Source: Thermoproteota archaeon (lineage in GTDB: Archaea > Korarchaeota > Korarchaeia > Korarchaeales > Korarchaeaceae). From it: a stretch of 64,000 nucleotides of DNA. Location of the stretch: assembly GCA_027491435.1 (NCBI GenBank), contig JAOZFG010000004.1, positions 202,626 to 266,625 on the forward strand, written 5' to 3'. The notes beneath the pieces were generated by a model. It saw nothing but the letters and a program-made list of their open reading frames with translations. It ran no database searches and was not told the origin of the DNA. Positions 8,071 to 17,264 of the stretch are shown here, piece after piece. The first letter of the stretch is position 1; each line of letters opens with the position of its first letter. The position numbers and the translations under genes were made by a program.

Positions 8071-9033
8071 GTGAGGGGAGAGGAAGAGTTAATAGACCTA
8101 ATAAGGGAAATTGTCGGGAGGGACGAGGAAGAGCTTCTGGGAATTGGTAGGGACGACGCTTCAGCGAGGAAATTGGACAAAGGCGTGTACGTGTTCAACG
8201 TAGACTCGCTAGCAGAGTCCTCCGACATGCTTCCTGGCATGAGTTTGAGCGACTTCGGCAGGAAGGCCGTCATCTTCAGCTACTCTGATCTAGCCGCTAA
8301 GGGGGCAAGGCCCCTATTCTTTATGGCATCGCTGACGTTACAGAGATGGAGGTCCACGAGGGATTTTGAGGAGATCATCAGGGGGGTAGAGGAGGGAGCA
8401 CGAGAGTACAACACTCACTTGGTGGGAGGGGATCTAGGCTCCGGGGACGAATTAAATATAGCGGGCTTTGCGGTGGGTAAGGTGGTAAATAAGCTGGTGA
8501 GCAGGTCGGGATCAAAGCCCGGTGATCTAATTTACGTGATAGGGAAATTCGGCCTAACTTGGTTGGCCTTCAAACACCTGCTCGAGGGGATGGAGCTCCC
8601 GAAGAGGTTGGCCTCTAGAGCTCTAAGGTCAGTCTACAGGCCAATCGCTAGGGTCAGGGAGGGCCTCCTAATATCGAGTTATGCCACCTCATGCGTAGAC
8701 AGCAGTGACGGCCTGTACAGGTCCTTAAAGGAGCTATCCAAATCGTCGGGGCATGGATTTAATGTGGAGAGGCTCCCCATAGATGAGGAGGTCCTTAAGT
8801 TCGTCGAGAGGAAGGGAATAGACCCGATGGAGCCAACATTTTACGGCGGCGAGGAGTTCCATCTGGTGTTCACGGTTAGCGAGGATGTGGCCCCGGCGAT
8901 GGAGGCGGACCTGAGGAGAGAGGGGCTCTCCCCAATAGCTATAGGGAGGGTGGTAGAAGGTAAGGGGGTACTATATAAAGGAGAGGAGGTTCCAGCTGGC
9001 GGTTGGAACCACTTCTCTCAATCCAACTCGTAA
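8071..9033 (+). CDS. thiL: Thiamine-monophosphate kinase
   Basis: GRDDA, SDLAAKGA, VGGD, DSSDGL, GGEEFHLVFT and C-terminal GWNHF. Confidence 0.92.
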   Translation: MRGEEELIDLIREIVGRDEEELLGIGRDDASARKLDKGVYVFNVDSLAESSDMLPGMSLSDFGRKAVIFSYSDLAAKGARPLFFMASLTLQRWRSTRDFEEIIRGVEEGAREYNTHLVGGDLGSGDELNIAGFAVGKVVNKLVSRSGSKPGDLIYVIGKFGLTWLAFKHLLEGMELPKRLASRALRSVYRPIARVREGLLISSYATSCVDSSDGLYRSLKELSKSSGHGFNVERLPIDEEVLKFVERKGIDPMEPTFYGGEEFHLVFTVSEDVAPAMEADLRREGLSPIAIGRVVEGKGVLYKGEEVPAGGWNHFSQSNS

Positions 9034-9653
9034 ACCCTCCCTGGTTCAGGCACTATAACCTGGGTCTCCAGCCCCATGGCCTTCACCTTAATTGAGAAGT
9101 CCTCCATCTCCTGAGGCTCCCCGTGTATTGGCACAGATACCAGGGGGACGAGCTCTTTCGCCATTTTTGACGCATCTTTAGGGCTTGCATTGGGGGAAGG
9201 TTTACCTACTGGTAGAAAAGCCACATCAACCGGGGAAAACGCCTGGAAATAAGAGGAGTATCCGGAGCTGTCCCCATGGAATATGGCCTTCCCTCCGACC
9301 TCGATCAGGTATACCAGCGGATGAACCCCCGGGTGAACGGCCCTAAGGGCATGCACTTTAGCGAAGTCCAAGTCCACCATCTCGCCTGCCTTGAGCTTGG
9401 TTAACTTATCGTCAGGAACCTTTCTCCTTATCAGCTTAAAAACGCCCTTATTGACGACTAAGTGGGGCCTATGAGCCTCGTATATAGCCTTTAGGTTCAT
9501 ATAATCGTAATGGCCACTGTGTTCGTGCGTGTAGAGTAGGAGGTCTACTCTATCCACATCGCTGGGCTTCACGAGGTCTCCTGGGTCCACCAATATTGAT
9601 ATTCCCTCAACCTCTAGGAAAACAGCAGAACGCCCTGCCCAGAAGAACTTCAA
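9018..9653 (-). CDS. Metallo-beta-lactamase-fold hydrolase
   Basis: LVDP, THEHSGH (variant HxHxDH), FHGDS and PIHG motifs. Confidence 0.8.
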   Translation of the reverse strand: MKFFWAGRSAVFLEVEGISILVDPGDLVKPSDVDRVDLLLYTHEHSGHYDYMNLKAIYEAHRPHLVVNKGVFKLIRRKVPDDKLTKLKAGEMVDLDFAKVHALRAVHPGVHPLVYLIEVGGKAIFHGDSSGYSSYFQAFSPVDVAFLPVGKPSPNASPKDASKMAKELVPLVSVPIHGEPQEMEDFSIKVKAMGLETQVIVPEPGRVYELD

Positions 9654-10036
9654 TCAGATCCCCTCTTCAACTTGACCAGCTTCCCCGTGTACAGCCTCTC
9701 TAAAACTTCAAGTCCCTCTACAACCTTTCCTAGGTAGCTTACCGGTTCTTTGAGCTTGGCGTCCCTCAACGCTATCACTATCATGCCCTTTGCCGGGGAA
9801 TAGCCGACTTGCCCCTTCCTTAGGAACCTCTTCTCCTTCTCTATCCTGGTCTCTATAGGAAATCTTATGTAGACCAAGTCTTTATCCTTCACGATCATCC
9901 CGGTCCTTGGGAGGTTTCCGAAAATCCTCTCGGAGGTGAAGGGAGAGAGGTGCCTTAAGAGCTCCAGCCTGACCCTATCTTGGCCCTCCTCAATCAATAT
10001 TGTGTACTTCTCAAGCCCTTCCTGTTTAGCTCTCAA
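9650..10036 (-). CDS. Cyclophilin-like fold protein
   Basis: LSPFTSERIFGNLP, GQVGYSP and LGKVVEG pattern; TTG start with GGAGGTG SD; overlaps downstream MBL gene. Confidence 0.65.
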   Translation of the reverse strand: MRAKQEGLEKYTILIEEGQDRVRLELLRHLSPFTSERIFGNLPRTGMIVKDKDLVYIRFPIETRIEKEKRFLRKGQVGYSPAKGMIVIALRDAKLKEPVSYLGKVVEGLEVLERLYTGKLVKLKRGSD

Positions 10037-10207
10037 AAGCTTTAACCACCTCCTACATCGGATGGGAGGTCAAATCAGCCAGTAGAGTGTGAGTGAGGTA
10101 ACTAAATAAAGTTTCCCTTCAGATTCGCGTGCCCACTCAAATCAATTAATTTAACCGGAGAGAGATTGCACGAAATTAACTATAAATTGGGGGGCCTTAA
10201 GGTACCT

Positions 10208-10477
10208 CTAAGATCCCTCAGACTCCCTTTCAACCTTGACTTTTGCCTTGGCCCCTCTATATATCCTCAACCTTGAGTTGCCGTCCACGTAGACGACTAG
10301 TCCCTCCTCCTGGAACTGCCTCAACAACTTCCTAGCGACGCTCACCCTTATGTTGTACTTCATGGCCAGCGACTGAGGGGTCACAACCCTAGCCCTGGAA
10401 ACTTCCTTTCTTATCTGCTCCATGACCTTAGGGGAAACTTCTAGCTCCCTAGTTACCTTCTCAGCCTCGGCGCTCAT
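10208..10477 (-). CDS. rps25e: 30S ribosomal protein S25e
   Basis: KEVSRARVVTPQSLAMKYNIRVSVARKLLRQF...IY winged-helix signature. Confidence 0.88.
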   Translation of the reverse strand: MSAEAEKVTRELEVSPKVMEQIRKEVSRARVVTPQSLAMKYNIRVSVARKLLRQFQEEGLVVYVDGNSRLRIYRGAKAKVKVERESEGS

Positions 10478-10567
10478 ACCGACACCGGGTTATCCACAAC
10501 ACGTCAGTATAAAAACTCGCCGCCTGACGCGTGGAACTAGAAAATTAGGGAAAGGGGATTGCTCCCC

Positions 10568-11674
10568 CTACTCAGATCCCTTCTCGGCCTTATAGCCGAC
10601 AACCTTGTCCTTGATCTCCTCAATTCTCTTCCTAGAAAGTGGCAGCTCTGGGCGCTCCGGCAGTATTCCCTGAGGCCTGAAGAGGGCTATGAGTACTATT
10701 ATTGAACCTATTAACATGTACTCAAGCCAGTTCGGGTTTATTGGTATGTAGTTGGTCAGCTCCGACTTGTAAGCGTATATCAAGCTCCTGAATATTGAGA
10801 ATATCAGAGTTCCCAAGACTATGCCGTAGTTGTTACCGGTCCCCCCTAACATCATGAAGGCCCATGGCCAGAAGGTCCAGGTCAACCTGTTGTAAGTCAG
10901 GGCCTTAAAGCTACCGGTGTATGTGGCCCAAAGGGCTCCTCCTATAGCTGCTAGAGCTCCACCTATTATAAGGGCTTGAGCCCTCAGCTTAACTATGTCC
11001 TTGCCGTACACCTTAGCGGCCAGCTCATTATCCCTCATGGCCTTGAGGGCCCTTCCAAACGGGGACTTAGCCAAGCTCTGAACGTAAATTAGAACTAGTA
11101 TTGCTATCCCCAGTATTATCATGGTGCTCCCAAGGTACTTTATCTTACCTGTGCCAACGAACCTGAACAGGTCGGGGACAACTATACCAGCAGTACCGCC
11201 AGCTAGCGGGTCATAGTACTTCCCTATTATCTGGAGAGCGTCTCCGAAGGCGAGGAGGGTTATCCCTAGGTAAGCCTCTTTAAGCCTTATGGCAGGGTAC
11301 GAGACTATGTAGCCTATGAAGCCGCCAAAGGCTGCAGCTATTATCAGGGACATGATCAACATAGCTATTGAGAGTCCAGGATTCTGGGAGAATATTGAGT
11401 TCAGCTTCTCCACTATCTGTAGGTTCTGATCCCCTACGTATTCCACGCCCCAAGGCATTCCGAACATGGCCGCCATTATCCTTCCTGCTATCGCTCCAGC
11501 AGCTATCGCTCCAGCTAGTACAGCAAGCACCCTGCCGAACTGAGGTATGCCGGCGAACCCAGTCTCTAGGTTAAGGCTCAGGGTCACTATAAGGAATATG
11601 GCCATGTTTATTAGAATGCTTAACAGGAGTGGGTTAGTTAGTAAGTCCAACACATCGCTCAACATAGGAATCAC
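10568..11674 (-). CDS. livM: Branched-chain amino acid ABC transporter permease LivM-like
   Basis: SLNLETGFAG, RLKEAYLGITL, SPFGRALKAMRDNE and LGGTGN motifs. Confidence 0.9.
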   Translation of the reverse strand: MIPMLSDVLDLLTNPLLLSILINMAIFLIVTLSLNLETGFAGIPQFGRVLAVLAGAIAAGAIAGRIMAAMFGMPWGVEYVGDQNLQIVEKLNSIFSQNPGLSIAMLIMSLIIAAAFGGFIGYIVSYPAIRLKEAYLGITLLAFGDALQIIGKYYDPLAGGTAGIVVPDLFRFVGTGKIKYLGSTMIILGIAILVLIYVQSLAKSPFGRALKAMRDNELAAKVYGKDIVKLRAQALIIGGALAAIGGALWATYTGSFKALTYNRLTWTFWPWAFMMLGGTGNNYGIVLGTLIFSIFRSLIYAYKSELTNYIPINPNWLEYMLIGSIIVLIALFRPQGILPERPELPLSRKRIEEIKDKVVGYKAEKGSE

Positions 11675-12630
11675 CTCCTCTTTAACTTACTGAAGACCTT
11701 CTCCCAGTTTATCCCTGCCAATCCCTGCGGGTATACTAGGAGCGTGGCGGCCATGGCGAGTAGAGGGATCAAGGGCTCATAGACCACTAGTTGCCTACCG
11801 AAGATGCTGGCTATTAAGTTTATCAGAATGTACTCGCTAAGGCCTATCAGATATCCGCCTAGAAAGGACCCGTATATGGAGTAGAGACCACCGACTATGG
11901 AGGCAGCGAACTCAGGAACTATCACCACGTTACCTGTGTATGGGTTGCCACTTATGACTAGGGAAAGGACAGCCCCACCTAGTCCGGCCAAGGCCCCTCC
12001 AACGAACCAGGATACTAAGTATATCACCTCGGTGTTAATTCCTAGGATTGAGGCTAAGTCTGGGTTCTCCACGGTGACTCTGAAAGCTATACCAAACTTG
12101 GTTCTGGTTAGCGTGAAGTAAAAGAACAGCGCTATGGCTACCACTATCAGCACTGATACTATGGTTATCGCCTTCAATTTGAAACCAGCTACCTCGCCCA
12201 ACACCATGTCGTGAGTGGTGAGCACTATTAGCCTTGAGTTAACCTTGTATTCACTCGTCAGATAATCGGCGAACACGTTTATAAATGCAAAGAATATAAG
12301 GTCTATGCCTAGAGTTGACATCATTAAGGTGACCATGTCGGCCCCCTTCTTCAAGAGCCACTTGTTGACTACCACGTAAGTTATGACTCCCAAAATTCCT
12401 GAGAACAGAAAGGCTACTGGGAAGTAATAGTAGGGGTTCCCTCCGAAGAAGACCTTGTAGAGGGAGAATATTATGTAGAAGCCCCACGCCGTCATTGACG
12501 CGTGAGCGAAGTTGAAGGTGCCTGTGGTCATGTAGATTAGCGTAATACCAGCAGCTGCGAGGGCTATTCCCCCGGAGTAGCCTATGGCCGTCATGATCAC
12601 CTGAATGAAAGAGCTTGAAACCATCAGCAT
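11671..12630 (-). CDS. livH: Branched-chain amino acid ABC transporter permease LivH-like
   Basis: GITLIY..FNFAH, TKFGIAFR...LASILGIN and IVGG motifs. Confidence 0.9.
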   Translation of the reverse strand: MLMVSSSFIQVIMTAIGYSGGIALAAAGITLIYMTTGTFNFAHASMTAWGFYIIFSLYKVFFGGNPYYYFPVAFLFSGILGVITYVVVNKWLLKKGADMVTLMMSTLGIDLIFFAFINVFADYLTSEYKVNSRLIVLTTHDMVLGEVAGFKLKAITIVSVLIVVAIALFFYFTLTRTKFGIAFRVTVENPDLASILGINTEVIYLVSWFVGGALAGLGGAVLSLVISGNPYTGNVVIVPEFAASIVGGLYSIYGSFLGGYLIGLSEYILINLIASIFGRQLVVYEPLIPLLAMAATLLVYPQGLAGINWEKVFSKLKRR

Positions 12631-12682
12631 ATTTACAACCTCCCGCCGAGGCTGGGGACGTGAATTGTGTCGGACCTACATA

Positions 12683-12690
12683 TTATAAAA
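12683..12690 (-). promoter_or_regulatory. Probable TATA box of livH-livM
   Basis: TTTTATAA on the minus strand about 55 nt upstream of the livH start. Confidence 0.45.
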
Positions 12691-12804
12691 CTTAAAGGTT
12701 TGTCTAAAGGGCCTTAAAGCCTGTTTTCTAGGTCCCGTTTACCTGATACTCAAAATCTAATACTTTTGGGTTCGAAAACGCTTCCGAAAGCCCCCGCTTA
12801 CATA

Positions 12805-12820
12805 GAAACGGTTATATATA
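12805..12820 (+). promoter_or_regulatory. Probable BRE-TATA promoter of livK
   Basis: GAAACGG-TTATATATA about 55 nt before the ATG; GGGGTGA SD directly before the ATG. Confidence 0.5.
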
Positions 12821-12872
12821 ACACTTCCCTCGATGCCCGGGGTTATTCCCCGACGTATGATGGGGTGATATT

Positions 12873-14276
12873 ATGTCCCAGAAAACCGCCTACGTACTCA
12901 TGTTAGTACTCCTTCTAGTGGGCATTGGAATAGGATACGCCATCGGAGGTGGAGGAGGCGCTGCCAAGACCGTCACCGTCACCGGTCCTGCCAAGACTGT
13001 CACAGTCACGATTACCAAGACCGCTGCCACAACTCCTGCTAAGACCACCACCCAAGCTCCAGCAAGCAAGCTCAAGGGTGAGATACCCATAGGGGCTCTG
13101 CTCGGCCTGACTGGAGGTTTGTCTTCCTACGGAGAGAATAGCAAGGCAGCCTTGGAGCTGGCTGAGAAGGAGATAAATGACTGGCTCGCCTCTAAGGGAG
13201 CTGCCTGGAGGATAAAGGTCTACTATGAGGACACCGCCACTGACCCCAAGACCGCTCTGGACAAGGTTCAGGCCCTGCAGGCCAGAGGCGTCAAGATATT
13301 CATAGGTCCCATGAGCAGCGCCGAGGTTAAGGAGATAAAGAGCTACGCAGATAGCAACAAGTTGCTGATAATATCCCAGTCCTCAACTTCACCTAGGCTG
13401 GCCATACCCAACGATATGATATACAGGTTCTGTCCCACCGACGAGATACAGGGTCCTGCCACCGCCACTGCTATGTATGAGTTGGGAGTTAGGTACGTCG
13501 TCCAGGTCTGGAGAGGCGACGAGTGGGGTGACGCTCTAGCCGCTAGGATAGACGAAGACTTCGAGGCCATACTTAAGAAGAAGGGTGAGCAGGGCGAGAT
13601 ATACGGCAAGAAGAACGGCAAGGGTATAAGGTATGACCCGCAGGCCGCTGAGTTCTCTGCAGTCGTGGCTCAGCTTGATGCCCTCGTCAGCGAGCTCATA
13701 GACAAGTACGGAGCCGACAAGGTTGGAGTCTCCTTCATAGGGTTCAACGAGTACGTGCAGTTTGCCGCCGTTGCCTCTCAGTACGAGTCCCTCAAGAAGG
13801 TCAAGTGGTTCGGATCTGATGGGACTGCTCTGCTCAGTGAGATAGTTGAGAACAAGGATGCTGCAGCCTTCGGATACGAGACCAAGTTCATAAGCCCGAT
13901 ATTCGGTGCTGAGTCCCCGGTGAAGAAGAAGGTCGAGGAGTACGTCAAGAAGAAGCTCGGTAGGGCACCTGACAGCTACGCCTACGCTGCTTATGACGCT
14001 CTCTGGGCTGTTGCTAAGGCCCTCGATCAGATAGGTGAGTACGATCCCGTTAAGGTCGCCAAGCTCCTGCCCGAGATAGTGAAGAACCTCAACGGAGCCA
14101 CCGGAAACTTCGAGCTCAACGAGAACGGCGATAGGGCCGCTTCAGACTACCTGTTCTGGATGCCCTACAAGAAGTCCGACGGCACCTACGAGTGGAGGCT
14201 TGCCGGCATCTACAAGTACACCACTTCCAGCATGGTCTGGGAGGACTGGTTCTTAAAAGAGATTGGCAGGAAATAA
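12873..14276 (+). CDS. livK: Branched-chain amino acid ABC transporter substrate-binding protein (membrane-anchored, Thr-rich linker)
   Basis: N-terminal TM helix, Thr-rich spacer, IPIGALLGLTG, EDTATDP, GPMSS and AYDA motifs. Confidence 0.9.
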   Translation: MSQKTAYVLMLVLLLVGIGIGYAIGGGGGAAKTVTVTGPAKTVTVTITKTAATTPAKTTTQAPASKLKGEIPIGALLGLTGGLSSYGENSKAALELAEKEINDWLASKGAAWRIKVYYEDTATDPKTALDKVQALQARGVKIFIGPMSSAEVKEIKSYADSNKLLIISQSSTSPRLAIPNDMIYRFCPTDEIQGPATATAMYELGVRYVVQVWRGDEWGDALAARIDEDFEAILKKKGEQGEIYGKKNGKGIRYDPQAAEFSAVVAQLDALVSELIDKYGADKVGVSFIGFNEYVQFAAVASQYESLKKVKWFGSDGTALLSEIVENKDAAAFGYETKFISPIFGAESPVKKKVEEYVKKKLGRAPDSYAYAAYDALWAVAKALDQIGEYDPVKVAKLLPEIVKNLNGATGNFELNENGDRAASDYLFWMPYKKSDGTYEWRLAGIYKYTTSSMVWEDWFLKEIGRK

Positions 14277-14407
14277 ACAAAAATACTCATCTTCTCTATT
14301 TTTATATTGATTGTTATTGACTATATATCATTGATTCGTATATGCTTATACCAAAATTTTACTGATCGATTCCATAAACTTATTATTTATACTGATCGAG
14401 TAGCGAG

Positions 14408-15184
14408 GTGGTGGGCTTGACCAACGAGAAATCCGAGTACATCTTGATCACTGAGAACCTCACCAAGAGGTTCGGTGGGCTAATAGCAGTGAACAATGTG
14501 TCAATTAAGGTTAAGAGGAACTCCCTGACCATGTTGATGGGCCCCAACGGTGCTGGTAAATCCACTTTCGTTAATACTTGTACTGGAGTGCTCAAGCCTG
14601 ATGGAGGGAAGGTAATATTCGACGGCGTCGACATAACTGGATGGCCGCCCCACAAAGTTTACAGGGCCGGCTTCGTGAGAACTTTCCAAATTCCAGCCCC
14701 CTTCCAGAAGCTTACTGTGCTTGAAAACGTGCTTGCTTCAATGAGTCACAGTGGAGAAAGCCCGATAAGGGCTCCAATAAGGCCTCTTTGGATCAAAGAG
14801 GAAGAGGAGAAGGTTGAAAGGGCGTTTGAAATACTGAAGAACGTGGGCCTAGAGGATCACTGGGACGTCGAGGCCTTCAGGCTTGGAGGGGGGCAACTTA
14901 AGATGTTGGAGGTCTCAAGAGCGTTAGCTACGGGAGCTAAGCTAATAGCCCTGGACGAGCCGATAGGAGGAGTGGACCCAGCCTACGCCGGAAACATACT
15001 AACCTACGTGAGCAACTTAAGGAAGAAGTGGGATGTCACCTTCCTGTTGATAGAGCACAGAATAGACATAGCTCTGCCCTTCGCCGATTACGTTTATGTG
15101 ATGGACAGGGGCAAGCTGATAGCGGAAGGCCTACCGGATGAGGTTGCAAATAACCCGAAGGTTATAGAAATATACATAGGGTGA
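14408..15184 (+). CDS. livG: Branched-chain amino acid ABC transporter ATP-binding protein LivG
   Basis: FGGLIAV, GPNGAGKST, RTFQ, LDEP and IEH motifs. Confidence 0.93.
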   Translation: MVGLTNEKSEYILITENLTKRFGGLIAVNNVSIKVKRNSLTMLMGPNGAGKSTFVNTCTGVLKPDGGKVIFDGVDITGWPPHKVYRAGFVRTFQIPAPFQKLTVLENVLASMSHSGESPIRAPIRPLWIKEEEEKVERAFEILKNVGLEDHWDVEAFRLGGGQLKMLEVSRALATGAKLIALDEPIGGVDPAYAGNILTYVSNLRKKWDVTFLLIEHRIDIALPFADYVYVMDRGKLIAEGLPDEVANNPKVIEIYIG

Positions 15185-15188
15185 TCCT

Positions 15189-15905
15189 ATGGTCCTTCTG
15201 GAGACAAAAAATCTTTACTCAGGTTATGGCAAACTCAAGGTTCTTTTTGATATAAACTTCCAAGCCAGGGAGGGGGAGATCACCGTAGTGGTAGGCCCTA
15301 ACGGGGCCGGCAAGACGACCCTTCTTAACAGCATAATGGGCATAGCCACAATTCACAGCGGTAACGTTTACTTTGAGGGACAGGATGTAACTAGAATTCC
15401 CCCCTATAAGAAGGCTAGGATGGGTATCGCCTACCTACCACAGCTAGGCAACGTAGCGGCTGGCTTGAGCGTGGAGGAGAATCTGAAAATAGCTGGTTAC
15501 CTAATGCCTAAGGATGAGGTTCCTGAGAGAGTTGAGGAAATACTTGATATGTTTCCTAAGCTAAGAGAGCTTAGGAAGAGAAAGGCTGGCACTCTAAGTG
15601 GTGGAGAGAGGCGTATGTTGGCTATAGGCATGGCCCTCATGAGGAAGCCCAAAATACTTATGCTGGACGAGATGACCACGGACTTAGCACCAATACTCGT
15701 CAAGCAGGTCCTCAACACAGTAGTTGAGCTGAGGGATGAGCACAAACAGACCATACTCATGGTGGAGCAGCACGCTAAGAGGGCCCTCGAGATAGGGGAC
15801 AGAGGGTACTTGCTGGTCAGCGGTGAGATAAGGTATGAAGGCAACGCTAAGGAACTTCTCGAGCACCCGCAGTTCGCCAAACTGTACCTGGGTATAATAA
15901 GGTGA
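15189..15905 (+). CDS. livF: Branched-chain amino acid ABC transporter ATP-binding protein LivF
   Basis: GPNGAGKTT, AGTLSGGE, LDE and VEQ motifs. Confidence 0.93.
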   Translation: MVLLETKNLYSGYGKLKVLFDINFQAREGEITVVVGPNGAGKTTLLNSIMGIATIHSGNVYFEGQDVTRIPPYKKARMGIAYLPQLGNVAAGLSVEENLKIAGYLMPKDEVPERVEEILDMFPKLRELRKRKAGTLSGGERRMLAIGMALMRKPKILMLDEMTTDLAPILVKQVLNTVVELRDEHKQTILMVEQHAKRALEIGDRGYLLVSGEIRYEGNAKELLEHPQFAKLYLGIIR

Positions 15906-15949
15906 GTGCCCTACCACACACAATCTTTATTAGACTCTAACCTGGGAGT

Positions 15950-16390
15950 GTGGTCGAGGAGATACCCTTGGATAAAGTGGAGGAGATAGGGATAAACTGG
16001 AACAAAATAGCTGAGAGGATCAACGAGGACCCCTATGAATTCTTGGAGATGGGTCCCACCAGAATGAGGAAACTGGTAATGGAGAACCTGAAGCCGCTGG
16101 CGCGCTTCGTCGGTGCCAAGGCAATAGTCTACGAGTGCGGCAAGTGGTACGCTAGAATTGAGAGGGTCGAGCTCGATGAGGACTACCCAGAGGTGAGCGA
16201 GGTGATAGACAAGGAGTGCTATGTATCACTTGAAGACGAAAACGGCTGCGAGGTCGTAGTGCTGGCTATCAGGGAGGACGAGACCGGTGAGTTGGAGGGC
16301 TTTGCCAGGTCGGCTGGCGAAATACTGGAGATCTTCTTGAGGGGGCAGGTCTGTGACAGCCAAGACCTAGACTTCGACGACGCGTGGTGA
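15950..16390 (+). CDS. Hypothetical acidic protein
   Basis: 146-aa ORF with host-like codon usage, 1 nt upstream of the CDF gene. Confidence 0.7.
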   Translation: MVEEIPLDKVEEIGINWNKIAERINEDPYEFLEMGPTRMRKLVMENLKPLARFVGAKAIVYECGKWYARIERVELDEDYPEVSEVIDKECYVSLEDENGCEVVVLAIREDETGELEGFARSAGEILEIFLRGQVCDSQDLDFDDAW

Positions 16391-16391
16391 G

Positions 16392-17264
16392 ATGAGACTA
16401 GCTGAGAGGGTAGCCATAGCCTCCTTGCTAGTTTCATTGATAATAGCCTTAACAAAGGTTTATATATTCCTAGTCACCAGCAGCGTCGTCGTACTAGCTG
16501 AGACTGTTGACTCCTTAGGAGATGTGTTAACCTCTGCTATAGCGTTAATTAGTGTGAGGTTCTCGGGGGTTCCCCCGGACGAGGACCACCCTTACGGACA
16601 TGAAAAGATTGACAGCCTCTTCGGGATGCTCTCCTCCTTTCTCCTAATAGAGCTAGAGATTGTTGTCTTATTTAACGCTTTGACCTCTCTAGTAAAGGGC
16701 CCTAACCCCCCTAGGGTTGACAATTGGGTCCTGGCGACCTTCGCATCGCTCTCATTGGTAAACCTCTTAAGGTCTCTATACCTCTGGAGGGCGGGAGAAG
16801 AGGAGACCAGCAGGACTCTTAAATCAGAGGCAATAAATTACGGTTGGGATTCGGGCAGGACTATTTTGGTGGCCGGCTTACTTCTTATAGCTAGGGAGTT
16901 TGCGCCTTGGGTTGATCCGACCTCGGCCCTGGTTATAACATCTCTAGTTATTCCATCAACCCTGAGGGTGTTCATCTCCTCAGCAAAGGACCTGATAGAT
17001 ATGATAGAACCTAAGATCCTAGTGGAGGTTGGCTCGGTGATAGGCTCCATCAAGGGAGTGAGGTCGGTGAAGTACGTTAGGGCTAGGAGGGTCGGTGGAA
17101 AGCTGTTTGTTGACTCCTTGATATGCGTGGAAGACCACATGAAGCCCGAGGATATAAAGAGGATGCATAGGGAGGTGAGGGCCGAGTTGGAGAGGAGGTT
17201 TGGTAAGGTGGACGTGGTACTTTCAGTCACCCCACCTGAAACTCACAGTTTGAACTCCTCATAA
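16392..17264 (+). CDS. Cation diffusion facilitator (FieF-like) transporter
   Basis: PPDEDHPYGHEK motif, 6 TM segments and C-terminal ZT dimer domain (VRARRVG). Confidence 0.9.
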   Translation: MRLAERVAIASLLVSLIIALTKVYIFLVTSSVVVLAETVDSLGDVLTSAIALISVRFSGVPPDEDHPYGHEKIDSLFGMLSSFLLIELEIVVLFNALTSLVKGPNPPRVDNWVLATFASLSLVNLLRSLYLWRAGEEETSRTLKSEAINYGWDSGRTILVAGLLLIAREFAPWVDPTSALVITSLVIPSTLRVFISSAKDLIDMIEPKILVEVGSVIGSIKGVRSVKYVRARRVGGKLFVDSLICVEDHMKPEDIKRMHREVRAELERRFGKVDVVLSVTPPETHSLNSS

